Shown in pieces: positions 17,213 through 25,581 of a stretch of 48,066 bases of DNA; within the stretch, counting starts at the first letter, position 1, and each line of letters begins with the position of its first letter. The stretch spans positions 1-48,066 of the IMG/VR virus record IMGVR_UViG_3300022602_004116; one strand, 5' to 3'. The notes beneath the pieces were generated by a model. It had not been told where the DNA came from. It made no database searches and worked only from the letters and a program-made list of their open reading frames with translations. The position numbers were made by a program, and so were the translations under genes. The DNA comes from a virus (taxonomy: Duplodnaviria > Caudoviricetes).

Positions 17213-18475
17213 TTAGAACGTCTGCGACCAACCGTTAATGGTCTTGGTCCAAACAGATCGCACATTTGCCCAAGTGGTTGCACCGGTTTTTACCCGTACA
17301 TTGGCCACATAATTCCACGCATTTGTGGCTGTTTTGACTCGTGTGCCAGCTGACGTGATTGTTTGATAAAGTGCTGTGCCATTTGGTGCTCCCAATCCGG
17401 TCACAGCGTCCCATCCTACATTGGCAGCAAATCCAGTGGTCAATGGGTTGTCATTGTTGCCGTAAGCGACATCAAAATATGCACTGGCATTGGCGTACAG
17501 CAATTTGTGTAGAGCCAGCGGAATTGGACGACGTCCGCTGATAGATATGTATCTGGCCAAAATACCAGCAATAATTGGAGCCGAGGCGCTGGTGCCGGTA
17601 ACTCCCACTATGCTACCGTTGTACCATAACGGATATGTTCGAAACGGTGCTGACACATCTGGTATACCACGCCCGGTTAGTGTAGTCAACTGGCTCACAT
17701 TGTTGGAACTGAAGAACACATTGGCTTGCAATCCGGTTTGCCAGGTTGGAACGGCAAATAGTGTACTGACACCACCACCCGATCCAGACGCTGCTGTTTC
17801 AGTAAATCTGGCATAGGTTCCAGTATTGTAGTTCAATACTGTGCCGCCCACTGCCACCACATTGGGACTGGTAGCTGGGTAATCAACCGACACATTGCCA
17901 AGAGCAATGGCACCTTCTGAACCATAGTCACCAGTGGAACACACTATGGTTATGCCCTGTGCGGCAGCATTGGCAAAAACGGATTCTAAAAATCCACCGT
18001 AGCCAAATGATTCATCTGTGCCCCAACTGTGAGTTATAACATCACATCCGTCATTGACCGCACGTTGGAAAACATTGGCCCATCCACTGGTGGTACCACC
18101 AACTCCGGTATACAGCACAATGTTTGCACTGGGCACCATGGCAGCTATACAGTACAAGTCCAGAGTATTTTCAAGACTGGCATTGCTGTCACTGGTACTG
18201 AACACATTGCCAGCGCCATCGACCAACACAGTTGTAATAGGGTGAGCAAGAGTAATATTTAGATTGCCCAATGATGCTTGCAAATCGCTGGGCAACCAAC
18301 CGCCGCCCAGGCTAACAATACCAACTTTGACATTGGCACCGGCGCTGGCCGGCACAGAGTAGGCAGTGGCAATGATTGGCGGAGTAACATGTATACCGTC
18401 TATATAATTGTTGATACTGTCAGCAGGATCCGTGGATAAAACAGTTGCCGAAGAGATATGCGTATTGGTTATCAT
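17213..18475 (-). CDS. S53 (sedolisin/kumamolisin) serine-carboxyl peptidase lacking a prodomain
   Basis: Catalytic E-x-x-x-D (ENTLD), oxyanion GD (STGDYG), YPATSPNVVAVGGT, RGIPDVS, GTSASAP, GWDAVTGLGAP. Confidence 0.88.
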   Translation of the reverse strand: MITNTHISSATVLSTDPADSINNYIDGIHVTPPIIATAYSVPASAGANVKVGIVSLGGGWLPSDLQASLGNLNITLAHPITTVLVDGAGNVFSTSDSNASLENTLDLYCIAAMVPSANIVLYTGVGGTTSGWANVFQRAVNDGCDVITHSWGTDESFGYGGFLESVFANAAAQGITIVCSTGDYGSEGAIALGNVSVDYPATSPNVVAVGGTVLNYNTGTYARFTETAASGSGGGVSTLFAVPTWQTGLQANVFFSSNNVSQLTTLTGRGIPDVSAPFRTYPLWYNGSIVGVTGTSASAPIIAGILARYISISGRRPIPLALHKLLYANASAYFDVAYGNNDNPLTTGFAANVGWDAVTGLGAPNGTALYQTITSAGTRVKTATNAWNYVANVRVKTGATTWANVRSVWTKTINGWSQTF

Positions 18476-18478
18476 ATC

Positions 18479-20923
18479 TTAGAAAGTTTGATACCAAATA
18501 TCGCCTACGTTGCCCTGTGTTGAAATTGGTGCCACGTTGGCCACGTAGACGTTGCGCGGTATGCTGGATACCATGGCAATGTTACCGTTGCTGTAAACTG
18601 TACCAGTGGATACCACATTGGCAGCAGTCACAGTATTGTAAATTTCAACGTTGCTTCTCAACTGTATATCAGTGATGTAACTACCAGCAATAATGGTATT
18701 GGACCGTGTTCCTATATAAATTGTTGATGTACTATTAAACAAATTTGCACTGGGTGCCGTTGTTTTTAAGTTTCCGCCCAACACGTAGAGATTTCCAGCA
18801 GATACCAAATCTGTGCCAGACACAATGTTTGATGTGGAAGTTATGTAGTTGGCACCAATGTTGCCGGTTGTGGTGACCGTGGCTGTTGCCAAGTAAGCGG
18901 CTGTGTTGGCATTGGCTGTTGTGACCAAGCTGTTGATCACTGTGGACAAATTGGAACTGATTCCACCAGTTAGGCCGGCCAAATTGGAATTTATTGCATT
19001 TATTTCTGATTGCAATACCGCAGTATTGGCGGCCCAGGCTGTGTTCACTGTGTTTACATTTGACTGTATCCATGCACTCACTGTGCCAGTGGTGGCAGCA
19101 ATATTGGCGCCAATGACATCACTGAACAATATTGACACATTGGTCATGATGCCGGCTATGGCGGCGTTGGCAGCAACAACATTGGCTGTCTGTGCTGAGT
19201 TTACGGTGTTTACATAACTGACCACAGCGGCGTTGGCCAAGACTATGGCAGCATTGGCCGCTGTGATTTGTGCTTCTATGTTGCTGTTGGATAGACCTGA
19301 TACTAAAGAATTAACATAATCAGTTAATGCAATGTTAGATTCAATGATTGCTGAGTTGGCACCGGCAAGCCCTAAATTTAAATTTAGAATACTGACATTG
19401 GCCGCTGTAATATTTGCCCCAAGTTGGCTGATAGCCGCATTGGCCGCTGCCACTGACTGTGTGGTTGCAAATCCCGAAGTGGTTTGTATACCAGCAACTT
19501 GAGCCGCCAGTGTGGCCACGTTGTAATTCAAACTGTTGATACTGGTAAGGTTGGTAGCAATAGCTGAATTGGCCGCAACAATGTTGGATCTTAGGCCAGC
19601 AATTTCTGTTTCTTGCACACTGGCATTGGACAACAAAGTTCCAATTGCTCCAGTCAGTGTGGCCAAATTGGCATTGGCCCAAGTTTCATATGCACCCACG
19701 TTGGCCGACAATGTCTGTAGTGCGCCTGAACTGGCATAGGTAACGTTGGCATAAGTTTCGTGTCCAGCAACATTTGACGACAGTGACTGCACAACCGATG
19801 CCAACGCAAATGTGGCATTGGCATAGGTTTCAAAACCACCAACATTGGCTGTCAGTGCTGTTAATCCGCTGGCTGTGGCAAATGTAGCATTGGCATAGGT
19901 CTGACTACCGCCCACGTTGGCGTACAGTTGATTTACCAAACTTGAACTGGCCAGCGCAGAGTTGGCATAATATCCAAAAGATGTCAAATTGGCATTGACT
20001 GCGTTGATAGCAGTGGCCTGTGTGGCAGCATTGGCATTGGCATAGATTTGATATGCACCCAAGTTGGCCGAGACTGTTTGATTTTGGGTATTGACATAAC
20101 TGATCACTGCGGCATTGGCTGAAACTATGGCAGCATTGGCTGCTGCCACATTGGCATTGACCGCAAACAGCACAGCAGAATTGGTAGCAACATTGGCATT
20201 GGTAGACTGTATGCTTGAGTACAATCCTGCGGTGTTGGCTTGCCAAGCGGCAGTGACAGCGGCAATGGCTGTATTGGCTGCTGTTACATTGGCGTTGACC
20301 AACCCAATTGCTTGTGCTTGCACCGCGGCGTTGCCAAACAGCGTGGTAATATTGCTGACAGCACCGGTAATATTGGTACGGTCATTGCTGTATCCAGACA
20401 CCTGAGAAATTACATTGGCCACGTTGGCGTTGGTTGATGATAGATTGGAATTCAATGAGTCAATGGCCAAATTTATTGAAACCACATTGCCCAAATTCAC
20501 ATTGGCAATGGTTGCATTGATAGAATTCACATTGGCGTAAAGATTGGCTATATCAGCAGAATTTTGTGCAACTTCTATGTTCAATACTGCTACATTACTG
20601 GTCTGTATGATTGATAATACATTGGCCACATAAGTGTTGCCGGCTGTGACCAAATTGTTCACATATCCAACACTGGCAGCACCATAAACATCGCTGACTG
20701 CCAACAGTACATTTCCCTGTCGACCAGCAACTGAAACTACTCCGGGATTATATGTTGCGGTAACATTGGCATTGCCGGAAGCATACACAACCACATTGGC
20801 ATTGCCGTTGATCGCCGCCAAATTTGCAAAGTTTTGATCAATTATTTGGAAAGCTGTACGCAGGACTGTGCCAGTTCCATCATTGGCTGTATTACCTGTA
20901 AAGACGTTAGCAAAAGTACTCAT
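18479..20923 (-). CDS. long coiled-coil fibre/baseplate-attached protein
   Basis: Start MSTFANV at 20923. N-terminal NDGTG..LR.AF..I..NF motif (T4 gp9/gp10-type attachment), Ala/Asn-rich heptads, C-terminal GDIWYQ. Confidence 0.7.
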   Translation of the reverse strand: MSTFANVFTGNTANDGTGTVLRTAFQIIDQNFANLAAINGNANVVVYASGNANVTATYNPGVVSVAGRQGNVLLAVSDVYGAASVGYVNNLVTAGNTYVANVLSIIQTSNVAVLNIEVAQNSADIANLYANVNSINATIANVNLGNVVSINLAIDSLNSNLSSTNANVANVISQVSGYSNDRTNITGAVSNITTLFGNAAVQAQAIGLVNANVTAANTAIAAVTAAWQANTAGLYSSIQSTNANVATNSAVLFAVNANVAAANAAIVSANAAVISYVNTQNQTVSANLGAYQIYANANAATQATAINAVNANLTSFGYYANSALASSSLVNQLYANVGGSQTYANATFATASGLTALTANVGGFETYANATFALASVVQSLSSNVAGHETYANVTYASSGALQTLSANVGAYETWANANLATLTGAIGTLLSNASVQETEIAGLRSNIVAANSAIATNLTSINSLNYNVATLAAQVAGIQTTSGFATTQSVAAANAAISQLGANITAANVSILNLNLGLAGANSAIIESNIALTDYVNSLVSGLSNSNIEAQITAANAAIVLANAAVVSYVNTVNSAQTANVVAANAAIAGIMTNVSILFSDVIGANIAATTGTVSAWIQSNVNTVNTAWAANTAVLQSEINAINSNLAGLTGGISSNLSTVINSLVTTANANTAAYLATATVTTTGNIGANYITSTSNIVSGTDLVSAGNLYVLGGNLKTTAPSANLFNSTSTIYIGTRSNTIIAGSYITDIQLRSNVEIYNTVTAANVVSTGTVYSNGNIAMVSSIPRNVYVANVAPISTQGNVGDIWYQTF

Positions 20924-20956
20924 TATGTTAAACCCTGTTATTGAGTATTTATCGCA

Positions 20957-20985
20957 AAACGAAAAAGCCCGCACTTGGCGGGCTT
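20957..20985 (-). terminator. intrinsic terminator after uvsE
   Basis: AAGCCCGC-CAAGT-GCGGGCTT followed by TTTCGTTTT on the minus strand. Confidence 0.8.
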
Positions 20986-21004
20986 GTATGAATAATGTAT
21001 GCAG

Positions 21005-22030
21005 TTAAAGATTCAGCTGGCGGGCTCGATTATATACCTGTTCACTGGCCAGATTCTTTCCTTTGCTTTCGCATTGTATATCAAATCTATCCCAAAATGT
21101 CAAAGCCCAATCAGTCACCGCACGGTTCCAGTAAAAGTCGCTGTGTGCTCGCATTTTCTGTTTCTTGTAACCGGACTCTAACAAAATCGAATGGTCAGGC
21201 AATTGATCTTCGGGATGATCAATTAGAACATCTTCTCTTGATACCGAATAGTGTATGACCGGGCGGACACCACGCCATGAATCAATTATGCGATCAAGTC
21301 TAGGATCGTTGTGTTGGATGTACTCGCCTGTGCGTATCCAGTGATGGTGTATGTCAAGCACAAGGGCGCAGTCGTCGGCAAGCTCGAGGCTTGAGTCGAT
21401 GCCCCAGGCATTTTCGTCGTTTTCGATTGTGATGCAGTTTCTTGCTTCAGGCGAGAGTCGTTTAAGTGCGTCTTGGATACCGGCTGGACCGCGTTTACCC
21501 GAGATGTGGACATTGATCTTGAAATCTTGAAATGATTTGCCATAACCCATCCACCTGGCCATATCTGCATGATATTCAAACTCCTCTATTGAACGTTCAA
21601 CAATACCAGGATTCTCTGACGCCAATACACAGAACTGTCCTGGGTGAAAACTAAGACGCACATCAAGTCTACGTGCTGTTTCACCAATGGGTGCAAAGAT
21701 GCGTTCTAAATGATCTTGTATCTCTCTACGTTGCCACCAAGCCTGCCAGTCTTTTTCAGTATAGCCCTGTAGCATTTCACTACCCAAGCGTACCATTCTG
21801 CGTTCGGGCGGAAGTGTGGCCACACGCTCGATCATGCGTACAGCGGCTGCCGCATTGTGATTCATGATGTCCCACTGACGCTGTTCGGCTTCAAGCGGAT
21901 GCTCACGCAACCAACGCATGGTAGTTGAACGCCCGTTAAGGTCCCGATCCACTGCATTGACTTTCATGCCGCCACATTCAGACGGATCATTGAGCCATTT
22001 GCAACAGAAGCCGATTCGTTTAGTGTACAA
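21005..22030 (-). CDS. uvsE: UV damage endonuclease (UvsE/UvdE)
   Basis: RIGFCCK, RLSFHPGQFCVLAS, INVH, TIENDE, LDIHH, HYS, AHSD. Likely TTG start at 22030 after GAGG. Confidence 0.9.
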   Translation of the reverse strand: MYTKRIGFCCKWLNDPSECGGMKVNAVDRDLNGRSTTMRWLREHPLEAEQRQWDIMNHNAAAAVRMIERVATLPPERRMVRLGSEMLQGYTEKDWQAWWQRREIQDHLERIFAPIGETARRLDVRLSFHPGQFCVLASENPGIVERSIEEFEYHADMARWMGYGKSFQDFKINVHISGKRGPAGIQDALKRLSPEARNCITIENDENAWGIDSSLELADDCALVLDIHHHWIRTGEYIQHNDPRLDRIIDSWRGVRPVIHYSVSREDVLIDHPEDQLPDHSILLESGYKKQKMRAHSDFYWNRAVTDWALTFWDRFDIQCESKGKNLASEQVYNRARQLNL

Positions 22031-22298
22031 TATTTTCCTCAAATTCAAAGTATATACTACCTCGGGCTTCGGCCGCAACTATTGCTTGCTCAAAAGCTTC
22101 GTTGGTAGTGTGCATGTCTATGGCCACATCCAATGCTGCCAGCATGGCCAATCCCACTTCATGATGCTCGGTATCCAACAGATTTTCGCTGATTTCAACC
22201 AATTGTTCCAACACAATATCTAATTCGTCGGCTGTTAGTTCTTTTATTGCAACTTTGTTGTCCAATATGTCTTGGACTAAGATTTCTGGGTCGGTCAT
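22020..22298 (-). CDS. hypothetical acidic protein
   Basis: Coupled to neighbours (ATGA overlap). Confidence 0.6.
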   Translation of the reverse strand: MTDPEILVQDILDNKVAIKELTADELDIVLEQLVEISENLLDTEHHEVGLAMLAALDVAIDMHTTNEAFEQAIVAAEARGSIYFEFEENIVH

Positions 22299-22480
22299 TT
22301 CATCTCCATAATTCGCTTGATTGCTTGCATGGCTTCTGGAAAACCTTCACGTGCCTTTTGTTGTACTGCGGCATCCATGTAGTGTTCTTGAAGCACATGT
22401 AAACTATTTACGAACTCGGGAATATCTTTTTTACTGATAGTATAACGGAAGTTAAACTGATTATTTTTTGGTTCCATCAT
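22295..22480 (-). CDS. hypothetical protein
   Basis: Tightly packed minus-strand ORF with AAGGA upstream. Confidence 0.55.
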   Translation of the reverse strand: MMEPKNNQFNFRYTISKKDIPEFVNSLHVLQEHYMDAAVQQKAREGFPEAMQAIKRIMEMK

Positions 22481-22718
22481 TATCCTTTTCTACAAATTCA
22501 ATAATATTGGCATGGCTACGCTTGTACTCGTCTTCGGTCATGAATTTACCATCATCTCGGTACCACGTTTTACCATCCTCGTCAGTGACAGTATACACAT
22601 AATCGTTCTCGTTGTCACCCGGGCAAAAATTACTGTAACAGTACACAGCATTGGTTACCATATTGATCAACAGGTAAGCCATACCAACAGCAATGAATAG
22701 GTGTAATCGACTGATCAC
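22461..22718 (-). CDS. small membrane/secreted protein
   Basis: Hydrophobic N-terminus, acidic C-terminus. Confidence 0.55.
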   Translation of the reverse strand: MISRLHLFIAVGMAYLLINMVTNAVYCYSNFCPGDNENDYVYTVTDEDGKTWYRDDGKFMTEDEYKRSHANIIEFVEKDNDGTKK

Positions 22719-22720
22719 TA

Positions 22721-22939
22721 TTAGCCCTGTACAAACACTTCTACAGTTTGAACATGACTGCGAAATTTATCACGACTCATTAGGCTGTAAGGTGAATGAT
22801 TGTAAAACTCCGACGGCATCGAGATACGCACACCATCTCGATAGCACTCGTGAAAGATTTTGCAGTTGTCTTCTTCACGATCTTCCCAGGTACGATATTC
22901 GTAACCGTTGTAAGAATAGTTGAGATCAGTTCCACGCAT
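22721..22939 (-). CDS. hypothetical protein
   Basis: Packed ORF with AAGGA upstream. Confidence 0.6.
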   Translation of the reverse strand: MRGTDLNYSYNGYEYRTWEDREEDNCKIFHECYRDGVRISMPSEFYNHSPYSLMSRDKFRSHVQTVEVFVQG

Positions 22940-22941
22940 AA

Positions 22942-23205
22942 TTAGTCCTTGAAGTAAACAGTAAACGCACGAGCATCAGCCTTGCGGGTGTCACGCTGTT
23001 GAGCATGTGGACCACGATAGCGTATTCTGGCACGATACCCCAGTTGTTTTAATCCAGCCCTGACCACTTCAATATGCTGGATAGGCACCAAACGCAGATT
23101 GGGATTTTGTTTGGCCACACTATACAAATCTGCAAACCCAGCAACAAAAGATTCTGTTACCAGGTTTGTAGGTACACCGGTATTCTTAGGATGATAAGTG
23201 TACAT
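22942..23205 (-). CDS. hypothetical basic protein
   Basis: Packed ORF; RIRYRGP motif. Confidence 0.6.
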   Translation of the reverse strand: MYTYHPKNTGVPTNLVTESFVAGFADLYSVAKQNPNLRLVPIQHIEVVRAGLKQLGYRARIRYRGPHAQQRDTRKADARAFTVYFKD

Positions 23206-23206
23206 C

Positions 23207-23647
23207 TTAGTTGGCCTCGTAGGCTTCTTTGAGTTTCTTCATAAACTCGGCACGAATCTTGGCTGCCTGTTTGGGTGTCAACTCGATTTCAGGATACACC
23301 TGATCTTTGACTGCTGACTTGACTGCAGTCTTGACCACGGCATTTTTTGCAACCACGGTGCGTGGCTTGGCAGACTTCTTGGGCTTGGCAAAAGGATTTT
23401 CATCCTTGATTGTGGCCGACAGTAACGTTTCTGCTTCTGCAACATCAACAAAATACACACCTGAGTCTAAGTTAGTAAGCACAAACTTAGCGGCGTCATT
23501 CTTGCTCATTTCTGCGGGCAATTCTAAGATAACCACATCAGTGTCGCCCAGTTTGCGAAGTTGATCAATGCGTTTTGTGTCGTTGGCAGTACGGAATTTC
23601 AACGCACCTGCTACACGGCTAAAACCTGCAAATTTTACTGTACTCAT
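23207..23647 (-). CDS. hypothetical protein with Lys/Ala-rich (histone-like) tail
   Basis: AGGAG SD and its own promoter; KFRTAND, LPAEMSK motifs. Confidence 0.7.
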   Translation of the reverse strand: MSTVKFAGFSRVAGALKFRTANDTKRIDQLRKLGDTDVVILELPAEMSKNDAAKFVLTNLDSGVYFVDVAEAETLLSATIKDENPFAKPKKSAKPRTVVAKNAVVKTAVKSAVKDQVYPEIELTPKQAAKIRAEFMKKLKEAYEAN

Positions 23648-23676
23648 TTTGGCTCCTTGTTAATTACTATAACAAC

Positions 23677-23705
23677 AGTATAGCATTTTGGCCTTTTTGG
23701 GTCAA
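23677..23705 (-). promoter_or_regulatory. sigma70-like early promoter
   Basis: TTGACC-N17-TATACT. Confidence 0.75.
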
Positions 23706-23851
23706 CCGGTGGAATCACGGCCCGGGTGCTTGGATTTACGACGATACAGGTCTTTGCGCTCAACTCGTTGGGGTTTGAACGGGGTGTCGCTTAAAAACAA
23801 CACCCTGTGAGCACGGGTTTTTTGTGGGATTTTTACAACAATCTTATTCAT
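23702..23851 (-). CDS. small basic ArfA-like protein (49 aa)
   Basis: Absent from the ORF track. MNKIVVKIPQKTRAHRVLFLSDTPFKPQRVERKDLYRRKSKHPGRDSTG*, directly downstream of a promoter. Confidence 0.6.
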   Translation of the reverse strand: MNKIVVKIPQKTRAHRVLFLSDTPFKPQRVERKDLYRRKSKHPGRDSTG

Positions 23852-23860
23852 AGTATAATA

Positions 23861-23889
23861 ATTATACTATTTTGAGATTTTTTGGTCAA
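23861..23889 (-). promoter_or_regulatory. sigma70-like early promoter
   Basis: TTGACC-N17-TATAAT. Confidence 0.75.
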
Positions 23890-24108
23890 CTAATGCACAG
23901 TAGAATTACCAATTTGTCCGGGATCGGAAATACCAAACATTTTGAATATTTTTTGTATTTTTTTAGAAGTTTTAAAAGGAACCACATCGGGCACAAACAC
24001 TGATTTTAATTCGCCGTCGGGGCCAACAACGAATCCGTAGTCCTCTTCGCCGATGTCGCTTTCGTGTAAACCATCTTCCATTGCTAACTCTTCAGATAAC
24101 TTGCTCAT
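23890..24108 (-). CDS. hypothetical protein
   Basis: ATGA-coupled; DYGFVVGPDGELKSVF. Confidence 0.65.
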   Translation of the reverse strand: MSKLSEELAMEDGLHESDIGEEDYGFVVGPDGELKSVFVPDVVPFKTSKKIQKIFKMFGISDPGQIGNSTVH

Positions 24109-24710
24109 GATAGCTCCAGTCGTTTTAGATATTTATCGGCATGTTTTTTTAATTGTAACAGTACTTTTGGGTCATGCTTGAAATGCTTTCGGTACAATCG
24201 CCAGGTGGCTGTCTTTTCCATCTCACGATCGTACACTACCATTTCGCTTGCAACATTGAATCCGTGTGCAAGTATTTCATCTTCGCAACCAAGATAATCC
24301 TTCATACTTTCTTGATAGCGAGTAAGTCGTGCTGTACGATATCCGCGACCGTAACGAAAACCGCGACCACGACAGTAAAATTTATGAATGTATTCGTGAG
24401 TAACAATGTCAGCAATATGGAATCCCATACTGTCCCAGTTGTGACGATCGATATAGCACCAACGTTCTTTGGTATGATAAACCAGGGCAATATGAATACT
24501 GGGATCACCTTGCTCGTCATCGTATAGGCGATATTCGCCCTTGATACTCCATTGGCCTGATTCTATATCTGTGGATCGTTCTGTGGTGAAACGCAGGCCC
24601 GGATCACGAAACTGCATACGTATCAAATGTGTAATACCCTCGGGTGTGTAACGCTTACCAGCATGGCGTTGGCCAATACTGCGTACACGCTCAAGGGTTT
24701 CAAAAAACAT
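24105..24710 (-). CDS. putative zincin metallopeptidase
   Basis: HEYIH (HExxH) plus a downstream DEILAHG glutamate. Confidence 0.55.
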   Translation of the reverse strand: MFFETLERVRSIGQRHAGKRYTPEGITHLIRMQFRDPGLRFTTERSTDIESGQWSIKGEYRLYDDEQGDPSIHIALVYHTKERWCYIDRHNWDSMGFHIADIVTHEYIHKFYCRGRGFRYGRGYRTARLTRYQESMKDYLGCEDEILAHGFNVASEMVVYDREMEKTATWRLYRKHFKHDPKVLLQLKKHADKYLKRLELS

Positions 24711-25441
24711 TATGATCGTTCTGAATCAGAATAAAACAAGTGTCCGCCTACGCGAGCTACAAATTTCTTTTGACGTGCCCATGTGGGTCGTATTCCAGTT
24801 GCATGGAAGTACAAGGCATTATTGAACTTTAATCGATAGTTCACAAAGCCATCGCTCAGTATTTCGTGTGCCACACGTTGGCTTTCTTCCCAGCGTTCGT
24901 CGTTAACACTAGGTTTACGAATAAAATGGCAAACCCAACTAAATTGACATACCGGAACAGAGCTTATAACTATTTCTGTTTTTGTTACAGGTTCCGGGCG
25001 ACCAAAGAAACCAGCAGCAACCATTTCGGTTTTCTTTTGTGTAGATTGACGTACCAGCACAGTACGTTGATTTACCACTCCGCATATGGAGTTGCCAAAA
25101 CGTCCGTCCTTGACTCGATTGATTGTGACGATTGCGACAGCGGCTTTGCCTTCTTCGCTTTCTGAGCCAGCTTCGTAAAATATGTTACGGGCCAGGCATT
25201 CTTCGTCTCGACTGGATACTGAAAAATCTATCCAGGGTGTTGCGATAAATTGAACTAAGTTTTCAAATTTATCTCTGGTACCTGTGACTATACGGTCTAT
25301 GGTACTTTGTGCTTGATCGGCTGGTACCTTGTTTATTATAAAGTACTGTTCCGACGATACTGCTGTTACTTCTTGTGCATGACCGGGTGCCATTACGGTC
25401 AGGGCTAATATTGCTACGATAGATGAAATTATCGTTCTCAT
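24710..25441 (-). CDS. SleB-like cell wall hydrolase (Hydrolase_2)
   Basis: Signal peptide; CLARNIFYEA, V.INRV, ICGVV.Q, CQFSW, ALYFHA, GGHLFY. Confidence 0.88.
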   Translation of the reverse strand: MRTIISSIVAILALTVMAPGHAQEVTAVSSEQYFIINKVPADQAQSTIDRIVTGTRDKFENLVQFIATPWIDFSVSSRDEECLARNIFYEAGSESEEGKAAVAIVTINRVKDGRFGNSICGVVNQRTVLVRQSTQKKTEMVAAGFFGRPEPVTKTEIVISSVPVCQFSWVCHFIRKPSVNDERWEESQRVAHEILSDGFVNYRLKFNNALYFHATGIRPTWARQKKFVARVGGHLFYSDSERS

Positions 25442-25581
25442 ACTGTCCTCCTTTGGTTATACGCTTCGATAAATTGAAAGCGTTAGATATTTAAACTCGT
25501 ATCTAATGAGTTATAATACTATATAAGTCCAGCAAAGTCAAACTAAGTAGTGTTTCTGATGGAAAAACTGCCGTTAAAACC

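Noticed and set aside
18479-20923. Repeated GCATTGGC/ACATTGGC motifs suggesting a CRISPR or DGR array
   Set aside because: They are codon repeats of Ala-Asn inside open reading frames, with no fixed repeat-spacer period and no reverse transcriptase nearby.
20924-20974. Longer N-termini given by the ORF track (here, and at 7897, 9550, 10885, 22078, 44041)
   Set aside because: The extensions run through promoters, terminators or neighbouring genes; downstream starts have better SD or coupling support.
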